A program made the translations under genes and the position numbers. Positions 1 through 8,735 of a stretch of 64,000 nt of DNA are shown here, piece by piece (position 1 is the stretch's first letter; each line of letters opens with the position of its first letter). The notes below the pieces were generated by a model, which did not search any database, was not told where the DNA came from, and saw only the letters and a list, made by a program, of their open reading frames with translations. Origin of the DNA: Minisyncoccota bacterium (lineage in GTDB: Bacteria > Patescibacteriota > Minisyncoccia > Phycocordibacterales > UBA9973); assembly GCA_041666045.1 (NCBI GenBank), contig JBAYHR010000001.1, positions 119,460 through 183,459 of the forward strand, given 5' to 3'.

Positions 1-203
1 GAAACGAGTAAAGAAATAAATAAAGTATTTGAAAATTTAACCTCCTTTGCTCCATAGAGAAAGTCGGAGATAGAAAGAATAATGATGGCTTCCCAAAATA
101 TTCTAAAATAAAACATACCTAAAATTGCTAAAATTGCCGATATATAAAATGGCATAAATAGAACAGAAAACAAGAGAATAATAAAAGCTATGATTCTAAG
201 CAT
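1..203 (-). CDS. hypothetical membrane protein, partial; open to the window edge
   Basis: The minus-strand frame is open from the ATG (reverse complement of cat at 201-203) to position 1 with no stops. The translation MLRIIAFIILLFSVLFMPFYISAILAILGMFYF... is strongly hydrophobic. It is not in the ORF track because the 3' end lies outside the window. Confidence 0.35.
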   Translation of the reverse strand, partial: MLRIIAFIILLFSVLFMPFYISAILAILGMFYFRIFWEAIIILSISDFLYGAKEVKFSNTLFISLLV

Positions 204-256
204 ATGAGTATATATTACACGCTTATTTAGAAAATACAAATTTAAATTTTTTAAGT

Positions 257-283
257 TTGTATTTATAAATTTTCTGCTATAAT
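257..283 (+). promoter_or_regulatory. putative sigma70-like promoter for ORF 323-589
   Basis: TTGTAT, then a spacer of about 15 bp, then TATAAT (278-283), located 40 bp upstream of the ATG at 323. Confidence 0.3.
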
Positions 284-322
284 ATAAAAAACTTCTTTTT
301 AATTAATTTAAAATAAAATATT

Positions 323-589
323 ATGGCAGAAAAAGAATTACCAACAGAAGGAATACTTTTTAAGTGTACAAAACGATGTGGCAATTATAAGTTTGCTACA
401 AGTACAGTATGGAAAAAAGTAACCAAAAGAGAAGATATTGCTTGTTTTGCTAAAAAAGTAAAAGAGAGAAAATATGACCTTCGTCGTATTCTTTGTCCTG
501 ATTGTACACCTATACAAATCGAAATAAATTCAGAATTACAACTAGGAGATATTGTACCAAAGTCTTCTTTTATGGGATTTGATGAATAA
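323..589 (+). CDS. small hypothetical protein with a zinc-ribbon-like Cys pairs (C-x3-C ... C-x2-C)
   Basis: An 88-aa ORF with CTKRC and CPDC motifs. It has its own promoter and a downstream hairpin terminator. Confidence 0.45.
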   Translation: MAEKELPTEGILFKCTKRCGNYKFATSTVWKKVTKREDIACFAKKVKERKYDLRRILCPDCTPIQIEINSELQLGDIVPKSSFMGFDE

Positions 590-621
590 ATTTAAGATGC
601 AGATTTTCTGCCAAAAAATAT

Positions 622-658
622 AAAAACCTTTCTTACAAAATAAGAAAGGTTTTTTTTG
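622..658 (+). terminator. rho-independent terminator
   Basis: The hairpin ACCTTTCTTA-caaaa-TAAGAAAGGT is followed by a run of 8 T. Confidence 0.6.
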
Positions 659-666
659 TTTTTTTG

Positions 667-751
667 TTGACTTGTCAATTTTATTATGATAAATTAAAAA
701 CAGAAAATTCAAAATATAAACCGAGCAATAGCTCATTTAAAACCTAATAAT
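667..751 (+). promoter_or_regulatory. 85-bp promoter-leader module, family 1 copy 1
   Basis: It starts with the palindrome TTGACTTGTCAA, which contains a -35-like TTGAC(T/A) on both strands, and ends at the ATG at 752. It is about 91% identical to 2248-2332 and contains the small hairpin GAGC-aata-GCTC. Confidence 0.5.
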
Positions 752-1345
752 ATGAAAAACAAAAACACTCCTTTAATTATGGCATTTGTGTTTATAGTAT
801 TCACAATGGCTAGCTTCCCTGTGCAAAAGGTTAATGCACAAGACACTCTTCATTTTGGTCAATCTGTTGATGAATTTGAATTTACAATACCTACCGATTA
901 TGACCATAAAAAACAAATTGATAAATTTACCAAACAGGTAAAAAATTCAAAAGGTACTGATTACTATAATAATGATATTAATAGTAAGAACTTTTCTAAA
1001 ACATCAAATAAACTTATACCAGGTAAAACATACAAAGTTAAAATTTTTCCGATACTAGATACAGTAAAAAGTGAAGATTGCTTAGCTTTCTTGAAACAGC
1101 AAAATGCTTTTTTAGTGGGAGCGCAAGGATTAACACTTTTACAATCTATGAAAAATGATAAATTTCCTTTAGGGACAAGAATTGTTTCTTTTGATGAGAA
1201 GGAATCTTTATGGAAAGATGATGATGGTAATTTTAGAGTTCCATATATACACCACCTGAGTAATGGTAACTGGTGGTTTGCTTTAGGTAATTTTAACTAT
1301 ACCTTAGGTAAGGAACGTTACCTATTATGTTTTTCTGAAAAATAA
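752..1345 (+). CDS. secreted hypothetical protein; its C-terminal roughly 75 aa are homologous to the C-terminus of ORF 54374-54856
   Basis: A 197-aa ORF with an N-terminal signal peptide (MKNKNTPLIMAFVFIVFTMASFPVQKVNA). The C-terminal segment NAFLVGAQGLTLLQ...FPLG..VSFDEKESLWKDDDGNFRVPY aligns with NALFVGAQGLSLVY...FPKD..FSFDKKKALWKAPDGNIMVPF of ORF 54374-54856. Confidence 0.55.
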   Translation: MKNKNTPLIMAFVFIVFTMASFPVQKVNAQDTLHFGQSVDEFEFTIPTDYDHKKQIDKFTKQVKNSKGTDYYNNDINSKNFSKTSNKLIPGKTYKVKIFPILDTVKSEDCLAFLKQQNAFLVGAQGLTLLQSMKNDKFPLGTRIVSFDEKESLWKDDDGNFRVPYIHHLSNGNWWFALGNFNYTLGKERYLLCFSEK

Positions 1346-1361
1346 AATTAATTAATTTAAA

Positions 1362-1396
1362 ATAAAAAAGCCTTTCTTTGCGAAAGGCTTTTTAAA
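1362..1396. terminator. bidirectional rho-independent terminator between convergent genes
   Basis: A 9-bp stem AAAGCCTTT/AAAGGCTTT flanked by an A-run and a T-run. Confidence 0.65.
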
Positions 1397-1399
1397 TAT

Positions 1400-2185
1400 T
1401 TAAAAGATAATTGAAGCTTGTTTTTCTATATTCAACATCTTTTCTTTAAGAACGGGATGGATGATAACATCTCTACTATAATCAATGAATGCCTTTGCTA
1501 AAACTTTAGGCCAACCTATATTTTGGTATTCAAAAGCTTTTTCCATTGCTTGATATTTATCAAGCTGTCTAGCAAGTACAGGAACTTTACCTTTTCCTTT
1601 TTCAAAACGAAGCCAAAGAAAAAATATTTCTTTTCCGTAAGGAGAAGGAAGATCTTTGCAAATTTTAATCATAGCTTTAAATTCAGAATTAAATTTTTCA
1701 GCTTTTAACCTTTCCTTTTCTTTTTGATCATAAGTAACAATAACCTTATCTCCGTCTATGATTTCTGGAAATTCATGAACTTCAAGCATATCCAAAAGTT
1801 CTAAAATTTCATTTACCGAAAATTCGGTTAGACGATCAATCATACTAATAACTAAATTTCTTAAAGAAATAGTATGTTCTTGGTCTGTTTCAGGATTTTT
1901 TACTTCTCTTCTTACCCAACCTTCTCTAGGGATTTCATCTAATGCTTTCCATAAATCTGGAAATAATTTTGCATATTTAAGTTCTAATAAATTAAAATGG
2001 TCCCAAAAAAAAGGAACTGTACCAATGTTTTCCAATTCAACCATCAATAAATCTTCTGATGGATGATGATGTGTTTGTCCAATAGCACAAGGACAAGAAA
2101 TACTATGGTCCAAAACTTTTGTGAACTTTCCTTTATATAAGATATTTCTTTTTTTCCAAATGGATTCCGGCACATTTATAGACAT
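1400..2185 (-). CDS. HD-domain phosphohydrolase, YfbR-like 5'-deoxynucleotidase family, with an N-terminal Cys/His cluster
   Basis: Motifs EHTISLRN ... LEVHEFPEIIDGD match the H...H(D/E)xPE..GD signature of YfbR-type HD hydrolases. The N-terminal segment CPCAIGQTHHH is unusual. Confidence 0.5.
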   Translation of the reverse strand: MSINVPESIWKKRNILYKGKFTKVLDHSISCPCAIGQTHHHPSEDLLMVELENIGTVPFFWDHFNLLELKYAKLFPDLWKALDEIPREGWVRREVKNPETDQEHTISLRNLVISMIDRLTEFSVNEILELLDMLEVHEFPEIIDGDKVIVTYDQKEKERLKAEKFNSEFKAMIKICKDLPSPYGKEIFFLWLRFEKGKGKVPVLARQLDKYQAMEKAFEYQNIGWPKVLAKAFIDYSRDVIIHPVLKEKMLNIEKQASIIF

Positions 2186-2247
2186 AATTACCTCCTTTTT
2201 TATTAAGTTATCAAATATTTATTTATCTTTACATTAACAATTTTTCA

Positions 2248-2332
2248 TTGACTTGTCAATTTTATTATGATAAACTAAAAACAGAAAATTCAGAGTATAA
2301 ACCGAGCATTTGCTCATTTAAAACCCAATAAT
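2248..2332 (+). promoter_or_regulatory. 85-bp promoter-leader module, family 1 copy 2; also a divergent promoter region for 1400-2185
   Basis: It has the same TTGACTTGTCAA start and ends at the ATG at 2333. The hairpin stem GAGC/GCTC is retained while the loop differs (aata versus attt). Confidence 0.5.
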
Positions 2333-2863
2333 ATGAATATTCAAATTTTTAAATCAGAAGTACCTTTAGCAATTTTCTTACAAGAGAGAGAAGCTAAAAA
2401 ATTAGAATTAAACAAAGAAGTTAAAGTTTTTGTTGAAAAATTAGAAGCAGAGATTAAGAAGAACAAAGAAGTTTATCTTTTCTCTGTTTTATTAACTGAA
2501 ACAACTGTTTTTCTTGGAGGTCTATTTAGAGAAAATTTTTTTTCAAAAATAAAATATCCTTCAGTTGGTCTTTCTTTAAGAAAGATTGATATTCTTTATG
2601 AAGAATATGTTGGAGATGATGATTTTATGTATTGCAACAATATTATTGTTAGATTTTGTTTCAATAATCAAGATTTTAATTATTCTTTTTCATTTAATGA
2701 AATGTTGTTTATTGCTGAAGGATTAAGGGTTTCTGAACAAACTATTGGCTATGGTTTTGAAGCACGTTTTGTGGATGAAAAGAAATATATAGAAATTAGA
2801 GACGCTGTTGATAAAATTAAGAAATCTATTTTAGAAGCAGAAAAACCAGTAAGTGTTGAATAA
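2333..2863 (+). CDS. hypothetical protein
   Basis: A 176-aa ORF with no recognisable motif, driven by leader copy 2. Confidence 0.5.
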   Translation: MNIQIFKSEVPLAIFLQEREAKKLELNKEVKVFVEKLEAEIKKNKEVYLFSVLLTETTVFLGGLFRENFFSKIKYPSVGLSLRKIDILYEEYVGDDDFMYCNNIIVRFCFNNQDFNYSFSFNEMLFIAEGLRVSEQTIGYGFEARFVDEKKYIEIRDAVDKIKKSILEAEKPVSVE

Positions 2864-2875
2864 AAAATAAAATTA

Positions 2876-2912
2876 AAAAGCCTTTCTTGTTCAAAGAAAG
2901 GCTTTTTTTTAT
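2876..2912 (+). terminator. rho-independent terminator
   Basis: An 11-bp stem AAGCCTTTCTT/AAGAAAGGCTT followed by a run of 8 T. Confidence 0.65.
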
Positions 2913-3020
2913 TTAAAAATTAAGCACAATCTAGTGACTTTGGGAATTTTTATTAAAGGTGGAAAATAAAAAAAACCACTATATTGAAATTATCTCAAGT
3001 GGCTTTTTATTTTTTTAAGT

Positions 3021-3716
3021 TTAACCTTCGTTAAAAATTGCGCGAGCTTTTTTAAGATTATAACCAAATTCTTGAGCTGATTGAAATAATGATATTCCTA
3101 AACCCATATAAGCTTCTTTATTGGCTTTTTGTTGAATATTAAAACCCAATACACATGTTGCTTTAACATCAGCTCTTTGAAAAAGAGAGATACCTAAACC
3201 AAATATTGCATTTTTACTAGCTTCTTGGTAGGAGGAAAATCCTAAAACATTTATTGCATTTCTATCACAAGATTGAAATAATGAAATTCCAATAAAAATC
3301 AGTGCATCCTGTTTTGCTTGTTGATAAAAAGAAAATCCAAAAAAATTTACGGTATCTTCTTTTGCTTTCTGAATCAAAGAAAAATTAAAAAGATGTATTG
3401 CATCTTTACCTGCTTTTTGATAAAAAGAAAATCCTGCGATAGATACAGCAGTATTGCCTGCTTTTTGAAGTAATGATAAGTCTACTAGGCAAAATGCATT
3501 TCTACCAGCTTTTTGGAATATTGAAATAAGTGAATAAATACTTCCATCTTCATTTATTCCTCCAAATAAAGAGTAAATATTTTTCCCTATTTTCCAGGGG
3601 TATGAAGCAATAAAAATTAAAATAAGGTATTTAGCTTCTATTTCAAAAAAGAAATAAGCTATAGCAGTAATTAATACAGCTAAACAAAAGTTCAAAAGAT
3701 TTTGTGTCTTTTTCAT
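3021..3716 (-). CDS. membrane-anchored protein made of about 10 tandem 16-residue repeats (consensus roughly G-I-S-L-F-Q-K-A-x-x-N-A-x-x-x-L)
   Basis: A 231-aa ORF with a hydrophobic N-terminal segment followed by repeats such as SLISIFQKAGRNAFCL, SLLQKAGNTAVSIAGF, SFYQKAGKDAIHLFNF, SLIQKAKEDTVNFFGF. The DNA shows a 48-bp periodicity. No known family was recognised. Confidence 0.55.
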   Translation of the reverse strand: MKKTQNLLNFCLAVLITAIAYFFFEIEAKYLILIFIASYPWKIGKNIYSLFGGINEDGSIYSLISIFQKAGRNAFCLVDLSLLQKAGNTAVSIAGFSFYQKAGKDAIHLFNFSLIQKAKEDTVNFFGFSFYQQAKQDALIFIGISLFQSCDRNAINVLGFSSYQEASKNAIFGLGISLFQRADVKATCVLGFNIQQKANKEAYMGLGISLFQSAQEFGYNLKKARAIFNEG

Positions 3717-3796
3717 TATTTGGTTCCTCCTAATTTAGTTTATGACAAAGATTTATTTAAAAGCATTATATTGTATAATAATATTTTTGTCAACTG

Positions 3797-3867
3797 CTGG
3801 GAGACTAGGAATCGAACCTAGATTCACGGCTTCAAAGGCCGCTGTCCTACCGTTAGACGATCTCCCA
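3797..3867 (-). tRNA. tRNA-Gln (anticodon UUG)
   Basis: A manual cloverleaf gives acceptor TGGGAGA/TCTCCCA, anticodon loop CTTTGAA, T-loop TTCGATT and discriminator G. No CCA is encoded. Confidence 0.8.
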
Positions 3868-3900
3868 ATGTAAACAAATATAAGAATACCTTAAAAAGGT

Positions 3901-4941
3901 TTATTTTTCAACCGAAAGAATTTTTATAAGTGCAAGTTCTAAGGGAAGTTCTGGGATAAATGCATTCTCTATATTCTCATATGCTCCAAGCAAAATAGAT
4001 AATGCTGGAGAACGTAAGGTCCCCTCTTTGTCTTGTTTTACAAGCGCTTTCAAAAATTCTAAATCTTCTCCTGATAAATCCCCTGACATTTCGCTTTCAA
4101 GTTTTGGAGAATATTTTAGAATTATCGCCATACGGAATTTCTGAATTATAAGTTTCAAGAATAATTTCATATCTAGATTTTCACTTGAAGCTTTTCTTAC
4201 AGACAATATTCCATCTTCTAGATTCTTATTTGCAATAGAAGAAATAAAATCATTTACTAATGTTGTTTTTGGCGCACCAGTAATCTTTTCAATATCTTCT
4301 CTTTTAATTTTTTTAGTTTTAGCAAAATTTAAAACTTTTTGCAAAATACCTTGCGCATCACGGAATGATCCATCTCCAAGAATTGCTATGAGTTCAGCGG
4401 ATCCATTATCTAATTGGAATCCTTCTTTTTCTGCAATATCTAAAACTGTATTTTTTAAAATAATATCTGATGGTTTTTTAAATGTGAAAACTTGGCATCT
4501 AGAAATAATAGTATCTGGAACTTTATGAAGTTCTGTCGTAGCTAAAATAAATATCACATGTTTTGGTGGCTCTTCTAAAGTCTTAAGTAAAGCGCCCCAA
4601 GCATCTTTAGAAAGCATATGTACTTCGTCTATAATGTAAACTTTATATTTTGAATCAAAAGGTAAAACTCGCACTCCATCGCGAAGAGTTCTAATGTCGT
4701 CAATTCCTCTATTTGAAGCTGCATCTATTTCATATAAATCATTTACTGATACGCCTATTTGTTCAGCGAAAATACGCGCTACTGAAGTCTTTCCAGTACC
4801 ACGTGAACCTACGAATAAATACGCATGAGAGACTTTATTTGATAGAACTGAGCTTTCTAGCACTTTCACTATATGCTCTTGTCCTAACACTTCTTTGAAG
4901 CTTTTAGGTCTATATTTTCTATATAATGCTAAGTCGTGCAT
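3901..4941 (-). CDS. dnaX: DNA polymerase III subunit gamma/tau, short form
   Basis: Walker A VGSRGTGKTS and the clamp-loader domains I-III are present. At 346 aa the C-terminal tau domains are absent. Confidence 0.9.
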   Translation of the reverse strand: MHDLALYRKYRPKSFKEVLGQEHIVKVLESSVLSNKVSHAYLFVGSRGTGKTSVARIFAEQIGVSVNDLYEIDAASNRGIDDIRTLRDGVRVLPFDSKYKVYIIDEVHMLSKDAWGALLKTLEEPPKHVIFILATTELHKVPDTIISRCQVFTFKKPSDIILKNTVLDIAEKEGFQLDNGSAELIAILGDGSFRDAQGILQKVLNFAKTKKIKREDIEKITGAPKTTLVNDFISSIANKNLEDGILSVRKASSENLDMKLFLKLIIQKFRMAIILKYSPKLESEMSGDLSGEDLEFLKALVKQDKEGTLRSPALSILLGAYENIENAFIPELPLELALIKILSVEK

Positions 4942-4953
4942 TGGGAGATTATA

Positions 4954-5916
4954 TCAAATTTTATTTAAAAAATCATTAATAATATTTTCAACTTCTTTAG
5001 TGTTTTTTATTTCCATGAGTTTTGCTCGTAATTCTTTCGCTCCTTCAAAACCATTCACATATGCTTTGTAATGTTTTTTTATAATTGCGAGATTTTTATG
5101 TTTACTAAAAAGTTTTTTAAAAAGCCTTGTATGTTCTATAAGAATTTTTAGTTTTTCTTTTATTTCCACATGTCTGACATGTGGGGAAAATAAAAATGGA
5201 TTTCCAAAAATTGCTCTGCCCATCATTACTCCATCACAGCCAGATTCTTTTATTTTCTTTTTTCCATCTTCTAAATTTAAAATATCACCATTACCTATTA
5301 TTAAAGTATTTTTATTTATTTTATTTCGAAATTTAACTATTTGTTTCATTAGATCCCAATGCGCAGGAACATTAGACATTTCTTTGCGAGTTCGCAAGTG
5401 CACAGTAAGGACTGCTAAATCTTGTTTTAAAAGAAAAGGTATCCAAGTATTTATTTCATTTTTATTGTAACCAATACGAGTTTTAACAGAAATTGGAAGT
5501 TTTGACGCGCCTTCTTTCGCAGCTTTAATTATTTTTTCTGCTAATTTAGGATTCTTCATCATAGATGCGCCGGAATTTTGTTTCTCTATTGATCTATCAG
5601 GGCAACCCATATTTATATCAACTCCATCAAAACCAAGCTTGGCGCAGAGCGCTGAAGCATTCTTTATATTTTCAGGTTTAGAACCAAAAATTTGTGCAAT
5701 AATAGGATGTTCATTTTTTAAAAATTTTAAATCAATTAGGAGTTTCTTTTTTCCTGCTGAAGCGAGACCGTCTGCTGATACGAATTCAGTCCAAAAAACA
5801 TCTGGTTTGCCATACTTTGTGATTATTTGTCTAAAAGCACAATCCGTAACATCTGCCATTGGTGCAAGACAAAAAATAGGTTTTTTAAGTTTTTTCCAAA
5901 ATCCTAAATTATTCAT
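4954..5916 (-). CDS. dus: tRNA-dihydrouridine synthase
   Basis: The Dus TIM-barrel N-terminus CLAPMADVTDCAFR and a conserved Cys region are present. The gene ends with a TGA stop. Confidence 0.85.
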   Translation of the reverse strand: MNNLGFWKKLKKPIFCLAPMADVTDCAFRQIITKYGKPDVFWTEFVSADGLASAGKKKLLIDLKFLKNEHPIIAQIFGSKPENIKNASALCAKLGFDGVDINMGCPDRSIEKQNSGASMMKNPKLAEKIIKAAKEGASKLPISVKTRIGYNKNEINTWIPFLLKQDLAVLTVHLRTRKEMSNVPAHWDLMKQIVKFRNKINKNTLIIGNGDILNLEDGKKKIKESGCDGVMMGRAIFGNPFLFSPHVRHVEIKEKLKILIEHTRLFKKLFSKHKNLAIIKKHYKAYVNGFEGAKELRAKLMEIKNTKEVENIINDFLNKI

Positions 5917-6796
5917 TTTTTATTTTCTCTGCAAATTTATAGTAAACTTTATTTCCAAATCTTAAATCAATATATAAAAGTGAAGAATATTTATTTTTAA
6001 AATCTGATTGGAATGGTTCTGTTGTTAATACTGATTGTAAATTTTCTGCAACCTTATTAAAATCAGATGTTGATTTAAATATTATTTTTGGGATATTTAC
6101 ACTATTATTGGGTTTAAGATATATTTCAATATCCCCATCTTCTTTAGTAAGCAAAGAAGATAATTTAATACCCATTTGTTTTAAATTATCAACAAAAGAT
6201 ATTATTTGTGTAAAATTTTCTGGTAAAAAATATGATCCAATAGGATTTTCTGTATCATCTTTAATTTTTCCAAAAAATTTAAAATAAACATTACCAGAGA
6301 AATAAATTGCTTCATCAAAAATATAACCATTTTCGTCCATAAAATAGCATTTATTTTCTTCTGGTGATTCATCTAAAGGAATATCGTTTCCACACCAAGT
6401 GTATTTGCCATTATATTCAGATACTGTTATTTCAAGAGTATTTGTATCTGTTGTGTCTATTTTGATATCTTTTAATCTTTTAAATTTTGAATGCAATTCA
6501 TTTTTTATGGCTCTGTTTGGCAAAAGTATGAAATTGGTTTTAGGGAAAAGACCCAGATAATGCCCATCGATCTTTGAATGTATTATATTTACTATGTCTT
6601 TGGTTTCAACAACTTTATTTTCTAATACGCGAATAGTATTTATATTTATATTTTCCCATCTAGAAAGAAAAATAAGTCCTGTTAAAAAAATAATAAAAAT
6701 AATAACAAAAAAAATAATTTTATTTCTTAAAATTCTACGTTTCTTTCTCTTTAGTTCTTCTAAATGCTTAGAATTTAAAACATTTCGTTTTTGCAT
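5909..6796 (-). CDS. putative FtsQ/DivIB-like cell-division protein
   Basis: A basic cytoplasmic N-terminus and a single TM helix are followed by a POTRA-like segment (INTIRVLENKVVETKDIVNII...LEITVSE). The architecture is typical of FtsQ, but sequence similarity is weak. Confidence 0.4.
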   Translation of the reverse strand: MQKRNVLNSKHLEELKRKKRRILRNKIIFFVIIFIIFLTGLIFLSRWENININTIRVLENKVVETKDIVNIIHSKIDGHYLGLFPKTNFILLPNRAIKNELHSKFKRLKDIKIDTTDTNTLEITVSEYNGKYTWCGNDIPLDESPEENKCYFMDENGYIFDEAIYFSGNVYFKFFGKIKDDTENPIGSYFLPENFTQIISFVDNLKQMGIKLSSLLTKEDGDIEIYLKPNNSVNIPKIIFKSTSDFNKVAENLQSVLTTEPFQSDFKNKYSSLLYIDLRFGNKVYYKFAEKIKNE

Positions 6797-6813
6797 TGAT
6801 TTAGCGAAATCTT

Positions 6814-8073
6814 TTATTTAATAAATTCTTTATTTCCCATATATTTTTGTAGAACTTCTGGGATTTTTATTGAGCTATCAGCTTGTTGAAAGTTTTCAAC
6901 CATAGAAACAAGAATTCTAGGTGTTGGGATAGCTGTAGAGTTTAAAGAGTGAGCATAAAGCATTTTTCCATCTTCGTTTTTATAACGAATACCAAAACGA
7001 CGACATTGAAAATCATGAAAATATGAAGCAGAAGATATCTCACGGTATTTCCCTTCCTTAGGAACCCAAAGCTCTATATCGTACTTTTTAACTTGTCCAA
7101 GGCCTAGATCTCCTCCGCAGTTTATAACTGTACGATATGGAATATTTAAAGATTCAATAAATTCTTCAGTGTTTCTATTTAATTCTTCGTGTAATTTTAC
7201 AGAAGTTTCATGATTGGCTTCACATAAAACAACTTGTTCTAATTTATAAAATTCATGTACGCGTATCAAACCTTTAACATCTTTCCCATGGCTTCCCGCT
7301 TCACGTCGGAAACATGGAGAAAATCCTAAATATTTTATTGGGAAAGAACTTTTGTCTAAAGTTTCTCCTGAGTGCATACCCATAAGTGGCACTTCAGCTG
7401 TTCCAGCAAGAACATCACCATCTTGAGTAGTATAAAAATCTTCTACATCACCCGGTAAATGAGCTGTACCATATAGATTTTGTTTTCTTACTATAACTGG
7501 AGGAATAATTGGAGAAAAACCACGAGCAGAGAAAAAGTCCATTGCATAATTCCAAATTGCAAAACACAAACGTGCTCCATCGTTAGTCAAAAAATATCCA
7601 CGAAATCCGTGAAGTTTTGTTCCTCTTTCAAAATCTACCATCTTAAGTGTAGTCATTATTTCCAAATGATCTTTTGGAGCAAATTCAAATTTTTCTCCCC
7701 AAGTTTTTATTTCTTGATTGTCTGTATCTTCTAATCCATCTGGTACAGAAATATCTGGAACGTTAGGAACTTCAAGCATCAACTTCTGCCATTCTTCTGT
7801 AATTTGTTTTAATTTTTCTTCTTTACCTTTTATATCTTCTTTTACTGCGCGCATTTCTTCAATAAGCTGAATTTTAAGCGCAGGATCTTGATCGCGAGCT
7901 ATGTCATTTGAAACTCTATTCACCTCACTTCGTAGATCTTCTACTTCTTTAAGTATTTTTAAACGCTCTTCATCGAGTTTAATAAGTTGTTCAATATCAA
8001 TATTTACGTGCTTTTTAGTCGCCCCCGCTTGCACGATTTCTTTATTTTCACGAATAAATTTTATATCTAACAT
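6814..8073 (-). CDS. serS: seryl-tRNA synthetase
   Basis: An N-terminal coiled-coil arm plus the class II core are present across the full 419-aa length, which is collinear with SerS. Confidence 0.95.
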   Translation of the reverse strand: MLDIKFIRENKEIVQAGATKKHVNIDIEQLIKLDEERLKILKEVEDLRSEVNRVSNDIARDQDPALKIQLIEEMRAVKEDIKGKEEKLKQITEEWQKLMLEVPNVPDISVPDGLEDTDNQEIKTWGEKFEFAPKDHLEIMTTLKMVDFERGTKLHGFRGYFLTNDGARLCFAIWNYAMDFFSARGFSPIIPPVIVRKQNLYGTAHLPGDVEDFYTTQDGDVLAGTAEVPLMGMHSGETLDKSSFPIKYLGFSPCFRREAGSHGKDVKGLIRVHEFYKLEQVVLCEANHETSVKLHEELNRNTEEFIESLNIPYRTVINCGGDLGLGQVKKYDIELWVPKEGKYREISSASYFHDFQCRRFGIRYKNEDGKMLYAHSLNSTAIPTPRILVSMVENFQQADSSIKIPEVLQKYMGNKEFIK

Positions 8074-8132
8074 CCATCCATTATATATTAAAGTTAATTC
8101 TATAACAATATTTAATTAACTTCTTTAAAATA

Positions 8133-8160
8133 AAAAAAGACCCCAAGTGAGGTCTTTTTA
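8133..8160. terminator. bidirectional terminator
   Basis: A stem AAAGACC/GGTCTTT with an 8-nt loop, flanked by A and T runs. Confidence 0.55.
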
Positions 8161-8171
8161 AATATTTATTT

Positions 8172-8735
8172 CTATTGTTTAGGAACGATATTGGGTAAAA
8201 AATCTTTTTCATACCCTTGTTCCATTTTACAAAGTAGATCATCAGCCTTTATCTCTAAAGAATAAGCGCCATAGCCACCAAAAGCATAACAAGGAGCCTT
8301 TGTCTTAAGAACGTAATCTTTCAATGGTTTATCAAAACATGTAACAAAACGAATTATTTTACCATTTGATAAATGCTTAACATGAATTTTTTCTCTTAAA
8401 GATTGATAAGTATTTGCTCCAGCAGACATAATATCTCCCACAAAACAAAGATAACCTGAAACATATTTTTTTTCTGACCAGCCGTCTAATGTTATACAAC
8501 AACTGTCAATGATGTTGCCATCCTGGTCTTCCGCATATTGGGTTACGGTGTATTCATCAAAAAGTCCATCGTTGTTTAAATCCACCATCTCAACCCAAGT
8601 TTTATACCCTAGATTTTTGGTGTTAAATTTTTGTGCATAACTTTCTGTACTAAAGTTAAATACAACAAGGAAAATAATAATTACAAAAATTATCCTTTTT
8701 CCGATTTTTCTGAAATACACTACTGCTTTTTTCAT
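8172..8735 (-). CDS. secreted hypothetical protein
   Basis: A 187-aa ORF with an N-terminal signal peptide-like segment (IIFVIIIFLVVFNFSTESYA). Confidence 0.5.
   Translation of the reverse strand: MKKAVVYFRKIGKRIIFVIIIFLVVFNFSTESYAQKFNTKNLGYKTWVEMVDLNNDGLFDEYTVTQYAEDQDGNIIDSCCITLDGWSEKKYVSGYLCFVGDIMSAGANTYQSLREKIHVKHLSNGKIIRFVTCFDKPLKDYVLKTKAPCYAFGGYGAYSLEIKADDLLCKMEQGYEKDFLPNIVPKQ

Noticed and set aside
542-736. Minus-strand ORF 542-736 (64 aa)
   Set aside because: It overlaps the 3' end of ORF 323-589, its terminator hairpin and the family-1 promoter module. The translation is low-complexity, so it is likely spurious.
3060-3540. The 48-bp periodic DNA repeats looked like a CRISPR or other tandem array
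   Set aside because: The repeats are in-frame coding repeats of the 16-residue repeat protein (3021-3716). There are no spacer-like unique units and no cas genes.
4954-4956. Alternative genetic code with UGA recoding (codes 4/25), as found in some CPR lineages
   Set aside because: dus (stop at 4954-4956) and rmuC (stop at 52922-52924) terminate at TGA with normal-length C-termini. Long housekeeping ORFs read through cleanly under code 11. Nearly all other stops are TAA, as expected for an AT-rich standard-code genome.
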